Below, piece by piece: positions 32,525-41,929 of a stretch of DNA of 64,000 nucleotides. The notes below the pieces were generated by a model. The model worked only from the letters and a program-made list of their open reading frames with translations, was not told where the DNA came from and ran no database searches. Source of the stretch: Actinomycetota bacterium (GTDB lineage Bacteria; Actinomycetota; Acidimicrobiia; IMCC26256; PALSA-610). The stretch lies in assembly GCA_041691275.1 (NCBI GenBank), contig JBEPUZ010000003.1, positions 8,499-72,498 on the forward strand. Reading direction: 5' to 3'. Position numbers and translations under genes: made by a program. The stretch's first letter is position 1. Every line of letters begins with the position of its first letter.

Positions 32525-32896
32525 CTAGCGATTGCTCAGCGGACCGGTCTCGCCGTCGTCGTCGCCCCGCTTCCAGAACTGCCAACGCTTTGCGCCCCGA
32601 CCGGCGCGCCCGAGCTCGCGCAATGCGTCGGGCTCGGCCGCCTCCACGATCATCTCCGCGTCGTCGAGCAGGTCCTGGATCGCTTCCGGGTCCTCGTCGG
32701 GCTCGGGCTCGACCTCGGGCCGCACGAGCGACCCGACAACGAAGCTCCCGTCGATCAACGTCTGCTCGTACGACGCGCAGTTCTCGGGACACCGCCACGG
32801 TGCCTCGGGAGCGAGGTCGAGCACGCAGAACCGCGCGACCTCGCCGCCCGGATAGACCCGGCTCTCGAAGTGACGGCAGTCCTCGCGCATCGCCAT
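32525..32896 (-). CDS. conserved hypothetical Cys4 protein
   Basis: 123 aa with high G/C in third positions. N-terminal CRHFESRVYPGGEVARFCVLDLAPEAPWRCPENC followed by an acidic low-complexity tail. Confidence 0.65.
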   Translation of the reverse strand: MAMREDCRHFESRVYPGGEVARFCVLDLAPEAPWRCPENCASYEQTLIDGSFVVGSLVRPEVEPEPDEDPEAIQDLLDDAEMIVEAAEPDALRELGRAGRGAKRWQFWKRGDDDGETGPLSNR

Positions 32897-32914
32897 CTCG
32901 GAATGATGCCAGCC

Positions 32915-33799
32915 TCAGTGCCAGGGAGGGAGGCGGCGGAGGTAGCCGAGCATCGCGTGCGTCGTCTCCCGGGGCCGTTCCTGCTGGGTCCAGTGCCCGC
33001 AGTCCTCGATGATCACGCGCTCGAGGTCGGGTACGCGTTCCTCCATGCCCGCGGTCATCGCGGGCGTGAGGACGGGATCGTTCTCGGCCGAGATCATGAG
33101 GCACGGCACGTCGATCGTTCGATCGGCGATGCCCGCGGTGAGCTCCCAGTTGCGGTCCATGTTCCGGTAGTACTCGATCGGCGGCGTCAGCGCGCCCGCG
33201 GGACGGAACGCTTCCTTGTAGACATCGAGAACGTCGGGCGGGAAGGCGTCGGAATTCTGCGTGGTAGCCCCGAAGATCATCTCGACGAAGTCGTCGGCGC
33301 CCCGGCCCCACGAGCCGAGCATCCACTCCGCGACTCCGGGCTCTTGGAACTGGATGATGTAGATCGGCGTGTCGACGAAGATCTGGCGCAGAAGTTGCAC
33401 GGGCGGGATGTACGAACGCGGGAGATCAGGCGTGTTCACGCCGATGACGCCCGCGATCCGCTCGGGGTACTGCCGGGCCATGATCCACACGAGGAGCCCG
33501 CCCCAGTCGTGACCCGCGATCACCGCGCGCTCGCACCCGATCTCGTCGAGCACGCCGACGAGACACGCGTTGATCCAGTCGCAGTCGTAGGTGACATCGG
33601 GCTTGTCGCTCCGCCCGTAGCCGGGCAGATCGGGCGCGATCACGTGAAAGCCCGCTTCCCCCAACCCCGCAACCTGGTGACGCCACGAATACGCCAGCTC
33701 CGGGAAGCCGTGCAGCAGGAGCACGACGGGCCCGTCGTCGGGGCCCGCTTCCAGGCAGAACAGGCGAATCCCGTTGGTGATCACGTAGCGGCTGCGCAC
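32915..33799 (-). CDS. alpha/beta hydrolase, epoxide-hydrolase-like
   Basis: 294 aa. LLLHGFPELAYSWRHQ (HGFP oxyanion motif) and nucleophile elbow GHDWGG. Confidence 0.9.
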   Translation of the reverse strand: MRSRYVITNGIRLFCLEAGPDDGPVVLLLHGFPELAYSWRHQVAGLGEAGFHVIAPDLPGYGRSDKPDVTYDCDWINACLVGVLDEIGCERAVIAGHDWGGLLVWIMARQYPERIAGVIGVNTPDLPRSYIPPVQLLRQIFVDTPIYIIQFQEPGVAEWMLGSWGRGADDFVEMIFGATTQNSDAFPPDVLDVYKEAFRPAGALTPPIEYYRNMDRNWELTAGIADRTIDVPCLMISAENDPVLTPAMTAGMEERVPDLERVIIEDCGHWTQQERPRETTHAMLGYLRRLPPWH

Positions 33800-33869
33800 G
33801 ATCGGACCCTAACGGGGAACCGGAGAGGTCGCTCCCGTCGTCGGAACCCTGGGTCAACCGACGAAGGAG

Positions 33870-34646
33870 ATGCGAATGCGATCGTTCACCAAGCTCATGA
33901 TCGGACCGGCCGGCGCCGTCGTATTCGGCATCGCCGCGATCGGTGTCGCCGGGTGTAGCAACGGCAGCTCCAAACCGGCCGCGGTGGCGCTGACCGCGGC
34001 GACGCCGATAGCACCCGCGACGACGCCCGGCCCCGCGATCAACGTGGCCGGGCACGGCGAGGTCGAAGGCACTCCCGACGTCATGACGGTGACGATGGGC
34101 GTGCAGACCAGTGATCCGTCGGCGCAGGCGGCGCTGCAACGCAACAACGAGCGTGCCAACGCGCTCATCACCGCGTTGAAGGGTCAAGGGGTCGCGGCCA
34201 AGGACATCCAGACGATCGATCTCAACGTCTCTCCGAACACCGACAAGAACTTCCACGTCACCGGATACTCGGCGTCGAACACGGTTTCCGCGAAGTTGCG
34301 CAACCTTGCGAAAGCAGGTCAGGTGATCGACACCGCCGCACTCACCGCGGGCCAGGACGTGCGGCTGCAAGGCGTGTCGTTCTCGATCGACAACACGAGT
34401 GCACTCGTGGCCCAGGCGCGCGCCGACGCGATCAAGGACGCGCTCGCCCAGGGCAAACAGCTCGCGGGCGCGGCCGGGGTGAAGCTCGGATCGATCCGCA
34501 CCATCGACGACACCGGCACCCAAGTGCCGAGTCAGCAGTTCTACGGCGCCGACTCCCTGAAGCAGGCGTCGGCGAGTGTCCCGATCGAGGCAGGCTCGCA
34601 GCAGTTGAGCGTCGACGTCGTGGTCGTGTTCGACATCTCGTCCTGA
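33870..34646 (+). CDS. SIMPL (DUF541) domain lipoprotein
   Basis: 258 aa. Lipobox GVAGCS, then ...GEVEGTPDVMTVTMGV......YSASNTVSAKL....IEAGSQQLSVDVVVVF. The second ATG at 33876 has better spacing to the GAAGGAG SD. Confidence 0.85.
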   Translation: MRMRSFTKLMIGPAGAVVFGIAAIGVAGCSNGSSKPAAVALTAATPIAPATTPGPAINVAGHGEVEGTPDVMTVTMGVQTSDPSAQAALQRNNERANALITALKGQGVAAKDIQTIDLNVSPNTDKNFHVTGYSASNTVSAKLRNLAKAGQVIDTAALTAGQDVRLQGVSFSIDNTSALVAQARADAIKDALAQGKQLAGAAGVKLGSIRTIDDTGTQVPSQQFYGADSLKQASASVPIEAGSQQLSVDVVVVFDISS

Positions 34647-34740
34647 TCGCGATCCACCCGACGACCAAGCCCCCTCGGGACAACGCCGCGATCCGGGAGT
34701 ACCGTCGCGGAGGTCCGGCGCGGTCTCGGGGGGAGAGCCA

Positions 34741-36153
34741 ATGGCCGAAGCGGAGCGCTTTGCGCAGCACATGAGCGACGAGGACGCGCTCATGTGGAAC
34801 ATCGAGAAGGATCCCGTCCTGCGTTCGACGATCGTCGCGGTCGCGCTCTTCGACTCGGTCCCCGACTGGGAGCGGCTGCGCCGGCGCATCGAACGCACGA
34901 CGCACTTCATCCCCCGGTTGCGCCAGCGCGTCGTCTCGCCACCGTTCCGCGTTGCGCCGCCCCGTTGGATGGCTGAGCCCGCGTTCGATCTCGACTTCCA
35001 CCTCCGCCGGACCCGTCTCGCCGGACCCGCGACCATGCGCACCCTGCTCGACGCGCTGCAGCCGATCGCGACGGCCGGCTTCGACCGTGCCCGTCCGCTG
35101 TGGGAATTCACGCTCTTCGAGGGACTCGCCGGCCCCGACGGAGAACAGGCCGCCTTCGCGATGAAGGTGCACCACTCCGTCACCGACGGCGTAGGCGGCA
35201 TGGAGCTGCTCGCGCACTTCGTCGACTTCACCGCCGACGCGTCCGAGCGGCCCGATCACGAGCTGCCGGCGGTGCTCGCCCCCAGCAACGCCCGGATGCT
35301 CGACGTGCTCCGCTACTCGGTCGACCACACCCGGCGCCGGGTCCAGGGGATCGCGCAGCGCCTCCCGATGACGGTCGCGCGCGCCGCGGGCCACAGCGTG
35401 ACCGATCCGATCGGGACGGCGGCGCAGGTCGTGCGCACGGGCCGCTCGATCGCGCGCACGCTCGCGCCGGCGACGAGCCCGATGTCGCACGTGATGCTCG
35501 GCCGCGGTCTGGGTCGGCGGCTCGAGGTGTTCGACGTGCCGCTCGACGACCTTAAGCGAGTCGCCAAAGCGACCGAAGCGAGCCTCAACGACGTGTTCGT
35601 CGCCGCGGTCGTCGGCGGCGCGCGCCGCTATCACGAACGGCACGGCTCCGCGCCGGTCGAGCTCCGGATGACGCTGCCCATCAACCTCCGCCAGGGCGAC
35701 GACGACGCGGGTGGCAACCGCTTCGCGCCCGCCCGCTTTCCCGTGCCCACCGCGATCGACGACCCCCGCGCGCGCATCGCGGCGCTCGGCGCATTGGTGA
35801 AGGAGTGGCGGGCCGAACCCGCGCTGCAGATGACCAGCACACTCGCCGGTATCCTCAACCGGCTTCCCACGTCGACGACAACTGCGCTCTTCGGCGGGAT
35901 GCTCAAGTGCTGCGACTTCGTGACGTCGAACATCCCGGGCGCGCCGGTGCCGGTGTACGTCGGAGGGGCCAAGGTCGAGCGGTTGTACGCGTTCGCCCCG
36001 CCTGCGGGTGCGGCCTTCAACGTCGCCCTGATCTCCCACTGCGACACGTGCTGCATCGGCGTGGTCATCGACACTGAAGCCGTCCCCGACCCCTACGTGT
36101 TGCTGGCCTGCCTGCACGACGGATTCGACGAAGTGTTGGCCCTCGGCGTGTAA
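34741..36153 (+). CDS. wax ester synthase / diacylglycerol O-acyltransferase (WS/DGAT)
   Basis: 470 aa. Catalytic HHSVTDG (HHxxxDG) motif, and a C-terminal ...NIPGAPVPVY..G...... region typical of the family. Confidence 0.9.
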   Translation: MAEAERFAQHMSDEDALMWNIEKDPVLRSTIVAVALFDSVPDWERLRRRIERTTHFIPRLRQRVVSPPFRVAPPRWMAEPAFDLDFHLRRTRLAGPATMRTLLDALQPIATAGFDRARPLWEFTLFEGLAGPDGEQAAFAMKVHHSVTDGVGGMELLAHFVDFTADASERPDHELPAVLAPSNARMLDVLRYSVDHTRRRVQGIAQRLPMTVARAAGHSVTDPIGTAAQVVRTGRSIARTLAPATSPMSHVMLGRGLGRRLEVFDVPLDDLKRVAKATEASLNDVFVAAVVGGARRYHERHGSAPVELRMTLPINLRQGDDDAGGNRFAPARFPVPTAIDDPRARIAALGALVKEWRAEPALQMTSTLAGILNRLPTSTTTALFGGMLKCCDFVTSNIPGAPVPVYVGGAKVERLYAFAPPAGAAFNVALISHCDTCCIGVVIDTEAVPDPYVLLACLHDGFDEVLALGV

Positions 36154-36191
36154 GGGACGATCGGTTCCGCCCCGGCCCCTAGCATCGGGAC

Positions 36192-37310
36192 ATGACCGTC
36201 GACGACCTGAAACTGCCTCCCGAACTGGTGCCGAGCGACGGCCGTTTCGGATCGGGCCCGTCGAAGGTCCGCGACGAAGCCGTAACCGCGCTCGCGGGAA
36301 TCGCGCACGGATACCTCGGCACCAGCCACCGGCAGAACACTGTCCGGTCGGTGGTCGGTGACGTCCGCCGCGGCCTCGCCGAGCTCTTCGCCCTGCCCGA
36401 CGGCTACGAGGTGCTGCTCGGCATCGGTGGCTCCACGCTCTTCTGGGACGCGGCCTCGTTCGGCCTCGTCGAGCGACGCAGCACCCACGTGGTGATCGGC
36501 GAGTTCTCGTCCAAGTTCGCCGCAGTCACGAAAGCTGCGCCGCATCTCGAAGACCCGCAGGTGTGCAAGACCGCGCCCGGCGAGACTCCGGTGCTACCGG
36601 ACTCCATCGAAGGCGACGTGTACGCGTACCCGCACAACGAGACGTCGACAGGGGTGGCGCTCGAGGTCCACCGACCCGACACCGACGCGCTCGTCGTCGT
36701 CGATGGCACCTCGGCGGCCGGCGGCCTGCGCGTCGATCCGAACGCGTTCGACGCTTACTACTTCGCGCCGCAGAAGTGTTTCGCGAGCGACGCCGGCATC
36801 TGGCTCGCGTTGTGCTCCCCCGCCGCGCTCGAGCGGATCGAGAAGCTGGAAGGCACCCGCTGGACCCCAGCCACCCTCGACCTACCGATCGCGGTCGACA
36901 ACTCGCGCCTGGAACAGACATACAACACGCCGGCGCTCGCGACGATCTACCTGCTGGAGAGGCAGGTGCGCTGGATGCTCGACAACGGCGGCTACGAGTT
37001 CGCGGCCGGTCGCTGCGACCGCTCCGCGGCGATCGTGTACCAGTGGGCCGACGCGCACCTGCACGCCACGCCGTTCGTACAAGACCCCGCGCACCGCAGT
37101 TCGGTCACCGCGACGATCGACTTCGACGATCACGTCGACGCCACCAAGATCAGTGCCGCGCTGCGAGCGAACGGGATCGTCGACGTGGAGCCGTATCGCA
37201 AGCTCGGCCGCAACCAGCTGCGCATCGCGCTCTTCCCCGCGATCGAGCCCGACGACGTAGCCGTCCTGACGCGCGCGATCGACTTCCTGGCGGAGCGCGT
37301 GGCAGTCTGA
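36192..37310 (+). CDS. serC: phosphoserine aminotransferase (actinobacterial type)
   Basis: 372 aa. ...PSDGRFGSGPSKVR...SHRQ...YAYPHNETSTGV...YYFAPQKCFASDAG... Confidence 0.9.
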   Translation: MTVDDLKLPPELVPSDGRFGSGPSKVRDEAVTALAGIAHGYLGTSHRQNTVRSVVGDVRRGLAELFALPDGYEVLLGIGGSTLFWDAASFGLVERRSTHVVIGEFSSKFAAVTKAAPHLEDPQVCKTAPGETPVLPDSIEGDVYAYPHNETSTGVALEVHRPDTDALVVVDGTSAAGGLRVDPNAFDAYYFAPQKCFASDAGIWLALCSPAALERIEKLEGTRWTPATLDLPIAVDNSRLEQTYNTPALATIYLLERQVRWMLDNGGYEFAAGRCDRSAAIVYQWADAHLHATPFVQDPAHRSSVTATIDFDDHVDATKISAALRANGIVDVEPYRKLGRNQLRIALFPAIEPDDVAVLTRAIDFLAERVAV

Positions 37311-37314
37311 CCCG

Positions 37315-38019
37315 ATGCTGGTACTCCACGAGGTGCACACGGTCGCCGGGCGCCACGAAGACGAATTCGAGGACGCGTTCCGGACCGGCTGGATGAACGG
37401 CCTCGCCGACGACGACGACGCCCGCCTTCTCTACTACCTGAAGCTCGCGCACGGCACCGGCCGCGCGTACCACCACACGTCGATCACCGCGTTCGGCGGT
37501 GGCGACGCGTACGAGCGGATCGCGCGGCGCGTGCAGTCGGGCGACCTCCGCAGCTGGGCCGCCGACATCGACGGCATGCGCCACGAGGTCAAGGGCAAGT
37601 TGCTGCTGCCGGTCGACTGGTCACCGATGGCCAAGCTCGATCTCGCGACCGTGCCGACCGACGGGAGCGAGCACGATCCCGCGCTGTACATGGAAGACAG
37701 CGCGTGGCCGTACGAAGCCAAGCTCGACACGTACCTCGAAAAGGCGCGCACGCACTACGCGCCGAGCCTCGAACAGCGTTCCGAGCGTTCGTTGCTCTCG
37801 TTGCTTGGCGTGTTCCAGGCCGCGCTCGGCGCACCGCGTCGGCGCGAGGTCATCCTCTGGCAGCGTGTCGACTTTCCCGAGCGGCTGCCCGGCTTGTTCA
37901 CGCGTGAGCTGCCCGGCCACGTGAAGGGCCCGGGATCGTGGATGCACGACGCGCTCGAAGTACGCGACGACTGGGAGAGCCGCCTGCTGCGCAGCGCCTC
38001 CTGGTCACCCCTCGGCTAA
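37315..38019 (+). CDS. hypothetical protein, two similar halves (possibly NIPSNAP/dimeric alpha-beta-barrel-like)
   Basis: 234 aa. Starts 4 nt after the serC stop. High G/C in third positions. Both halves end ...SPM/SPL. The family call is tentative. Confidence 0.6.
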   Translation: MLVLHEVHTVAGRHEDEFEDAFRTGWMNGLADDDDARLLYYLKLAHGTGRAYHHTSITAFGGGDAYERIARRVQSGDLRSWAADIDGMRHEVKGKLLLPVDWSPMAKLDLATVPTDGSEHDPALYMEDSAWPYEAKLDTYLEKARTHYAPSLEQRSERSLLSLLGVFQAALGAPRRREVILWQRVDFPERLPGLFTRELPGHVKGPGSWMHDALEVRDDWESRLLRSASWSPLG

Positions 38020-38036
38020 CGCAGGCGTTGCGCCCA

Positions 38037-38207
38037 CCCCGGCCGACGCCGAGGGAGCCGTGCAAGTGCGGACGAGGAGGAGCCGCCCCGGCGACGCCGA
38101 GGGAGCCGTAGTCGTGTGCGGACGAGAGGAGCCCCTCGGCGACGCCGAGGGAGCCATGTTCAAGTGCGGACGAGGAGGAGCCGCCCCGGCGACGCCGAGG
38201 GAGCCAT
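38037..38207. repeat. tandem array of about 3.5 copies of a 47-51 bp unit carrying a GC-rich palindrome
   Basis: Units begin at 38037, 38086, 38133 and 38184. Conserved core CC(C/T)CGGCGACGCCGAGGGAGCC(G/A)T...GTGCGGACGAG(G)AGGAGCC. Copy 3 contains the perfect palindrome CCCTCGGCG-A-CGCCGAGGG. The array lies between convergent genes. Confidence 0.75.
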
Positions 38208-38209
38208 GC

Positions 38210-39079
38210 TTATGAAAACTTGCTGGGGTACGGCCCGTCGGATGCGGTCCCGTCCAGCTTGCCGCCCAGGTTCGGGCACTCGCCGCTGAACACACCCCAG
38301 CTGCAGGTGATGGTCGGCGAGAGCCACGCGTGCACCATCCACACGTCGGTGAGGAGGGTCTTGGACCCGCCCTTGGCCGCGCACTCCGCGCGGGTCGACT
38401 CCTCGCCTGCGATCACGACCCCGCCCTTCAGGCAGAGACCGCCGTTGGCGTTGTGCTGGTGCCAGCGGTCGTTCGGGCCCGCGAAGCCGGGCGGCGGCCC
38501 GTTGCTGTGCCACACGAGGTAGCTGAGGCCGACGATCTTGGCGTCGAGACTCGTCCCCGCGTAGAGCAGCTCCGACGGGTGCGCGGGATCGAAATGCGAC
38601 GCGTAGCCGACGTTCGTGTAGTGCGCGCCGATGCACGGTACGTACACCGTCGACATCATGTAGCCGGCCGCGATCGCGTCTTTGACGGTCGGATACTTCG
38701 TGATGACGGTCTTCGCCGCCGCGAGCTGGGTCGCGAGCTCGGCCTGTTCCGCCTTGGTCAACGGCAGCTGCGGGACCGGACCCCGACCACCATGCTCTTC
38801 GGACTCGACCGCGGCCGCGCTGTTCACCGCCGCGCTGCCACCGGCACCGGCACCGACCTCACCCGGCGACCCGGCAATCGGTGCCGCCTCTTCGCACGGC
38901 GTCTTGACCGCGGCGGTCTGCGCTTTGGCGGCGGTCGTCACCGTGGTCTTCGACGTGCTGGGAACAGGAGGAGCGGAGCCCTTCGAGCTCGACCCTCCGC
39001 AGCCGGCGAGGGTCAACGCGAGGGCGACGAGCCCGGCGCCGCCGACGGCCATCTTCGAGATGCCGGATCGTGATGTCAT
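38210..39079 (-). CDS. hypothetical lipoprotein (Cys- and His-containing C-terminal domain)
   Basis: Start at ATG 39079 (MTSRSGISKMAVGGAGLVALALTLAGCGG) preceded by a GGGGGAG SD. The track ORF is over-extended to 39394. ...WHQHNANGGLCLKGG...ECAAKGG...CSWGVFSGECPNLGG. Confidence 0.7.
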   Translation of the reverse strand: MTSRSGISKMAVGGAGLVALALTLAGCGGSSSKGSAPPVPSTSKTTVTTAAKAQTAAVKTPCEEAAPIAGSPGEVGAGAGGSAAVNSAAAVESEEHGGRGPVPQLPLTKAEQAELATQLAAAKTVITKYPTVKDAIAAGYMMSTVYVPCIGAHYTNVGYASHFDPAHPSELLYAGTSLDAKIVGLSYLVWHSNGPPPGFAGPNDRWHQHNANGGLCLKGGVVIAGEESTRAECAAKGGSKTLLTDVWMVHAWLSPTITCSWGVFSGECPNLGGKLDGTASDGPYPSKFS

Positions 39080-39147
39080 GGAACTCCCCCGAGACGCGTG
39101 TCTGATCATCGTATGACCTGGACGGCGTGCGGGGCACCGAGGTCGGG

Positions 39148-39438
39148 TCAAGGCGCCCAGGGCGGCCGTCTGACCACCAGGCCCGTGTCGGCCAGGAGCA
39201 CCCGTCGGGGGCCGGGGGCGAACACCTCGGGCTCGCCCGGGCGCCGCCACGACCGCAGCCGGCGCCAACGCCGGCGAAGGACCAGGGCGGTTCGTACCGA
39301 CAACAGCGTCCCCACCGCGACCGCGGCCGCCAATCCGGCGTGCACAGGACGCCGGTCGATCAGCTGCATCGCACCGGCGGCGAACGACGCCCACAAGAGC
39401 GAAACGAGCAGCTTCGTCGACAGCGAGCGCGTCCTCAT
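39148..39438 (-). CDS. small hypothetical membrane protein (2 predicted TM)
   Basis: 96 aa with high G/C in third positions. Two hydrophobic stretches followed by a basic RRRWRRLRSWRR segment. Confidence 0.45.
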   Translation of the reverse strand: MRTRSLSTKLLVSLLWASFAAGAMQLIDRRPVHAGLAAAVAVGTLLSVRTALVLRRRWRRLRSWRRPGEPEVFAPGPRRVLLADTGLVVRRPPWAP

Positions 39439-39483
39439 GGGTTCACATCGGACGAAAGCGGACCCGGATGAGCCGGAGCAGTG

Positions 39484-40644
39484 CTAGCCGGTGACGCAAT
39501 TGGCTGCGCGACTCGCGATTCCCGTCGTGCGCCGCCATTCCCGGATGACGTTCTGGTCGAGCCCGTTGGTGAGGTACGAGAACGACAGTCCGGTCGCGGG
39601 ATCGGCCCACGCGATCTGGCCGCCGGCGCCGTTGTGGCCGAACGCCCCCGCCGACACGGTGTGGCCCATTCCCCGCGCCGAGGCGCGCCCGTCGTCGCCC
39701 GCGAGCACGAGGCCGAGCGAACGGTTGGCCGGGGTGCCCATGTAGTCGGGCAGATGGTTGCGCACGTTCGTGGTGACGTCGGCCAACACCTCGGGTTTCC
39801 AGATCTCGGCCGGATCGTGGAGCAGGGCCTGGTAGTAGAGCGCGAGGTCGGCCGCATTGGTGATGCCACCTCCGCCCGGCACTCCGATCGCGCGCACTTC
39901 GGGCTGGTTGAACGTCATCAACGCGTCGGCGGTCACCTCCGTCAACGGAAGGGAACGCACGCCGATCGCGGCTTCGAGCTCGTCGCCCGACGGCGCTTCG
40001 CCCGTGAGGACGAGATCGTTGACGTTGCCCTGTTGCGCAACGGGCACGCCGATCTGGAGCGCCTCGAGACCGAGCGGGTCGAGGATCTGTTCGCGGATGA
40101 ACACCCGAAAGTCGGTACCGGTGCAGCGTTCGATGATCTCCGCGAGCACCCAGTGCGCGGTCGTCGGGTGGTACTCGTAGCGCGTTCCCGGCTCCCAGTT
40201 GCAGCGCCAGCTACCGAACCGCGCCAGGCGCTTGTCGCGGTCGTCCCAGTCGAACGCGCTGAACGGCGCACGCGGGAACCCCGACGTGTGGAGCATCACC
40301 TGCGAAACGGTGATCACATCCTTGCCGTTCGTACCGAACTCGGGGATCAGCGCCGCGACCGGGAGCGTGACGTCGAGCAGGCCCTCGCCCATCAGTATCC
40401 AGACCGCGCCCGCGACGACGGCTTTCGTCGCCGAGAACATGACATAGCGCGAATCCAGCGGCGCACCGAACGCGCGGAGCACCGCGACCTGCCCGTCGCG
40501 GGCCAGCGCGAGCTGGCACGACGGCAGGATGCCTTCGTCGACATCGCGTTGCACGCGTTCGACCAGAGCGGCGAGGGCAGTGGGATCGATGCCCAGCGAT
40601 CCGGGATCGGCAACGGGGCTGCGGTCGTAGGGCAGGCTCGGCAT
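39484..40644 (-). CDS. serine hydrolase, beta-lactamase/esterase (class C-like) family
   Basis: 386 aa. SxxK motif SATK in the context VMFSATKAVVAGAVW. ...GHNGAGGQ near the C-terminus. Confidence 0.85.
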   Translation of the reverse strand: MPSLPYDRSPVADPGSLGIDPTALAALVERVQRDVDEGILPSCQLALARDGQVAVLRAFGAPLDSRYVMFSATKAVVAGAVWILMGEGLLDVTLPVAALIPEFGTNGKDVITVSQVMLHTSGFPRAPFSAFDWDDRDKRLARFGSWRCNWEPGTRYEYHPTTAHWVLAEIIERCTGTDFRVFIREQILDPLGLEALQIGVPVAQQGNVNDLVLTGEAPSGDELEAAIGVRSLPLTEVTADALMTFNQPEVRAIGVPGGGGITNAADLALYYQALLHDPAEIWKPEVLADVTTNVRNHLPDYMGTPANRSLGLVLAGDDGRASARGMGHTVSAGAFGHNGAGGQIAWADPATGLSFSYLTNGLDQNVIREWRRTTGIASRAANCVTG

Positions 40645-40700
40645 CGCGGGCGATAGTACGAGGTTTGCGGTGAGACGGACAGCGGCGGAGACTGACCGGT

Positions 40701-41906
40701 ATGGACTTCAACGACACCCCCGAAGAGGCCGCCTGGCGCCGGGAATTCCGGACCTGGCTGGAGGAGAACGCGCCCAAGGTCGCCGGTGAGATGTCGGAGC
40801 ACGAAGAGGAGCTCGAGCTCGGGGGCGGCGACTACCTCGAACGGGCGAAGCGCTGGCAGGCCCTCAAGTACGACGCCGGTTTCGCGCGGATCACCTGGGA
40901 GCCGGAGTTCGGCGGCCGCAACGGAACGACGGTCGAGCAGATCGTCTTCGGTCAAGAGGAGGGCAAGTTCCCGCTCCCCAACGTGCCGTTCGTCATCGGT
41001 CTCGGCATGATCGCCCCCACCCTGCGGGCGGTCGGGACCGACGCCCAGAAGGAGCGCTACCTCACCAAGCTGCTCCGGGGCGACGAGATCTGGTCACAGC
41101 TGTTCAGCGAGCCGGGGGCGGGTTCCGACGTGGCATCGCTCTCGACGACCGCGACGCGCGACGGCGACGAGTGGGTCATCAACGGGCAGAAGGTGTGGAC
41201 CTCGGGCGCGCACTACTCCGACTATGGCGAGATCGTCTGCCGCACGAATCCCGATGCAGAGAAGCACAAGGGCATCACCGCGTTCATCGTCGACATGCAC
41301 GCGCCCGGCGTGACCATCAAGCCCCTGAAGCAGATGAACGGCGGCTCCGGCTTCAACGAGGTGTTCTTCGACGAAGTACGCGTGCCGCACGAGAACGTGC
41401 TCGGCGACGTCAACGAAGGCTGGACAGTCGCGATCACGACGCTGATGAACGAGCGCGTCGCGATCGGATCCGGTGGTGGCGGCGGTGGCGGCGGCGGGAT
41501 CCACAGTGTGATCGCACTGGCCCAGGAACGCGGGGTCAACTCCGATCCGCGCGTGCGCCAACAGCTCGCCGACCTCTACACGAAGAGCCGCATCCAGAAG
41601 TTCTTGTCGATGCGAACGCTCACCGCCGCGACCAAAGGCAAAATACCGGGGCCGGAAGGTTCGATCGGAAAGCTGCTCGGCGGCCGCATGATGAGCGAGA
41701 TGGGTGAGCTCACCCTTGCGATCGCGGGACCGGCCGGCGTGGCGGGCGACCTCCGCTTCGCGAGCGGCGTGCTCGGCGCGCCCGCCGCGCACATCGCGGG
41801 CGGCTCCGACGAGGTGATGAAGAACATCATCGGCGAGCGCGTGCTCGGCCTGCCCGGCGAACCCCGCCCCGACAAAGGCGTCGCCTGGCGCGAGGTGCCC
41901 CGATGA
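40701..41906 (+). CDS. acyl-CoA dehydrogenase
   Basis: 401 aa. ...WSQLFSEPGAGSDVASL.T.A.RDGDEWVINGQKVWTSGA... and the C-terminal GGSDEVMKNIIGERVLGLP catalytic region. Contains a poly-Gly insertion. Confidence 0.92.
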   Translation: MDFNDTPEEAAWRREFRTWLEENAPKVAGEMSEHEEELELGGGDYLERAKRWQALKYDAGFARITWEPEFGGRNGTTVEQIVFGQEEGKFPLPNVPFVIGLGMIAPTLRAVGTDAQKERYLTKLLRGDEIWSQLFSEPGAGSDVASLSTTATRDGDEWVINGQKVWTSGAHYSDYGEIVCRTNPDAEKHKGITAFIVDMHAPGVTIKPLKQMNGGSGFNEVFFDEVRVPHENVLGDVNEGWTVAITTLMNERVAIGSGGGGGGGGGIHSVIALAQERGVNSDPRVRQQLADLYTKSRIQKFLSMRTLTAATKGKIPGPEGSIGKLLGGRMMSEMGELTLAIAGPAGVAGDLRFASGVLGAPAAHIAGGSDEVMKNIIGERVLGLPGEPRPDKGVAWREVPR

Positions 41907-41929
41907 CCTGTTGCCGGCGGACGCTCGGA

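Noticed and set aside
33426-35231. 601-aa minus-strand ORF, plus the similar 34432..36117 ORF
   Set aside because: Both run antisense across the SIMPL and WS/DGAT genes, which have clear family motifs. Composition is Arg/Ser-rich.
38037-38207. Possible CRISPR array
   Set aside because: The units are contiguous and homologous over their whole length, with no unique spacers. There are only about 3.5 copies, and there are no cas genes in the window.
38005-38295. 96-aa minus-strand ORF translating the tandem repeats as a repeated ...APSASPG... peptide
   Set aside because: The periodicity (49/47/51 nt) is not a multiple of 3, so the peptide repeat is not maintained in frame. The region lies between two convergent stop codons. 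I interpret it as non-coding repeat DNA.
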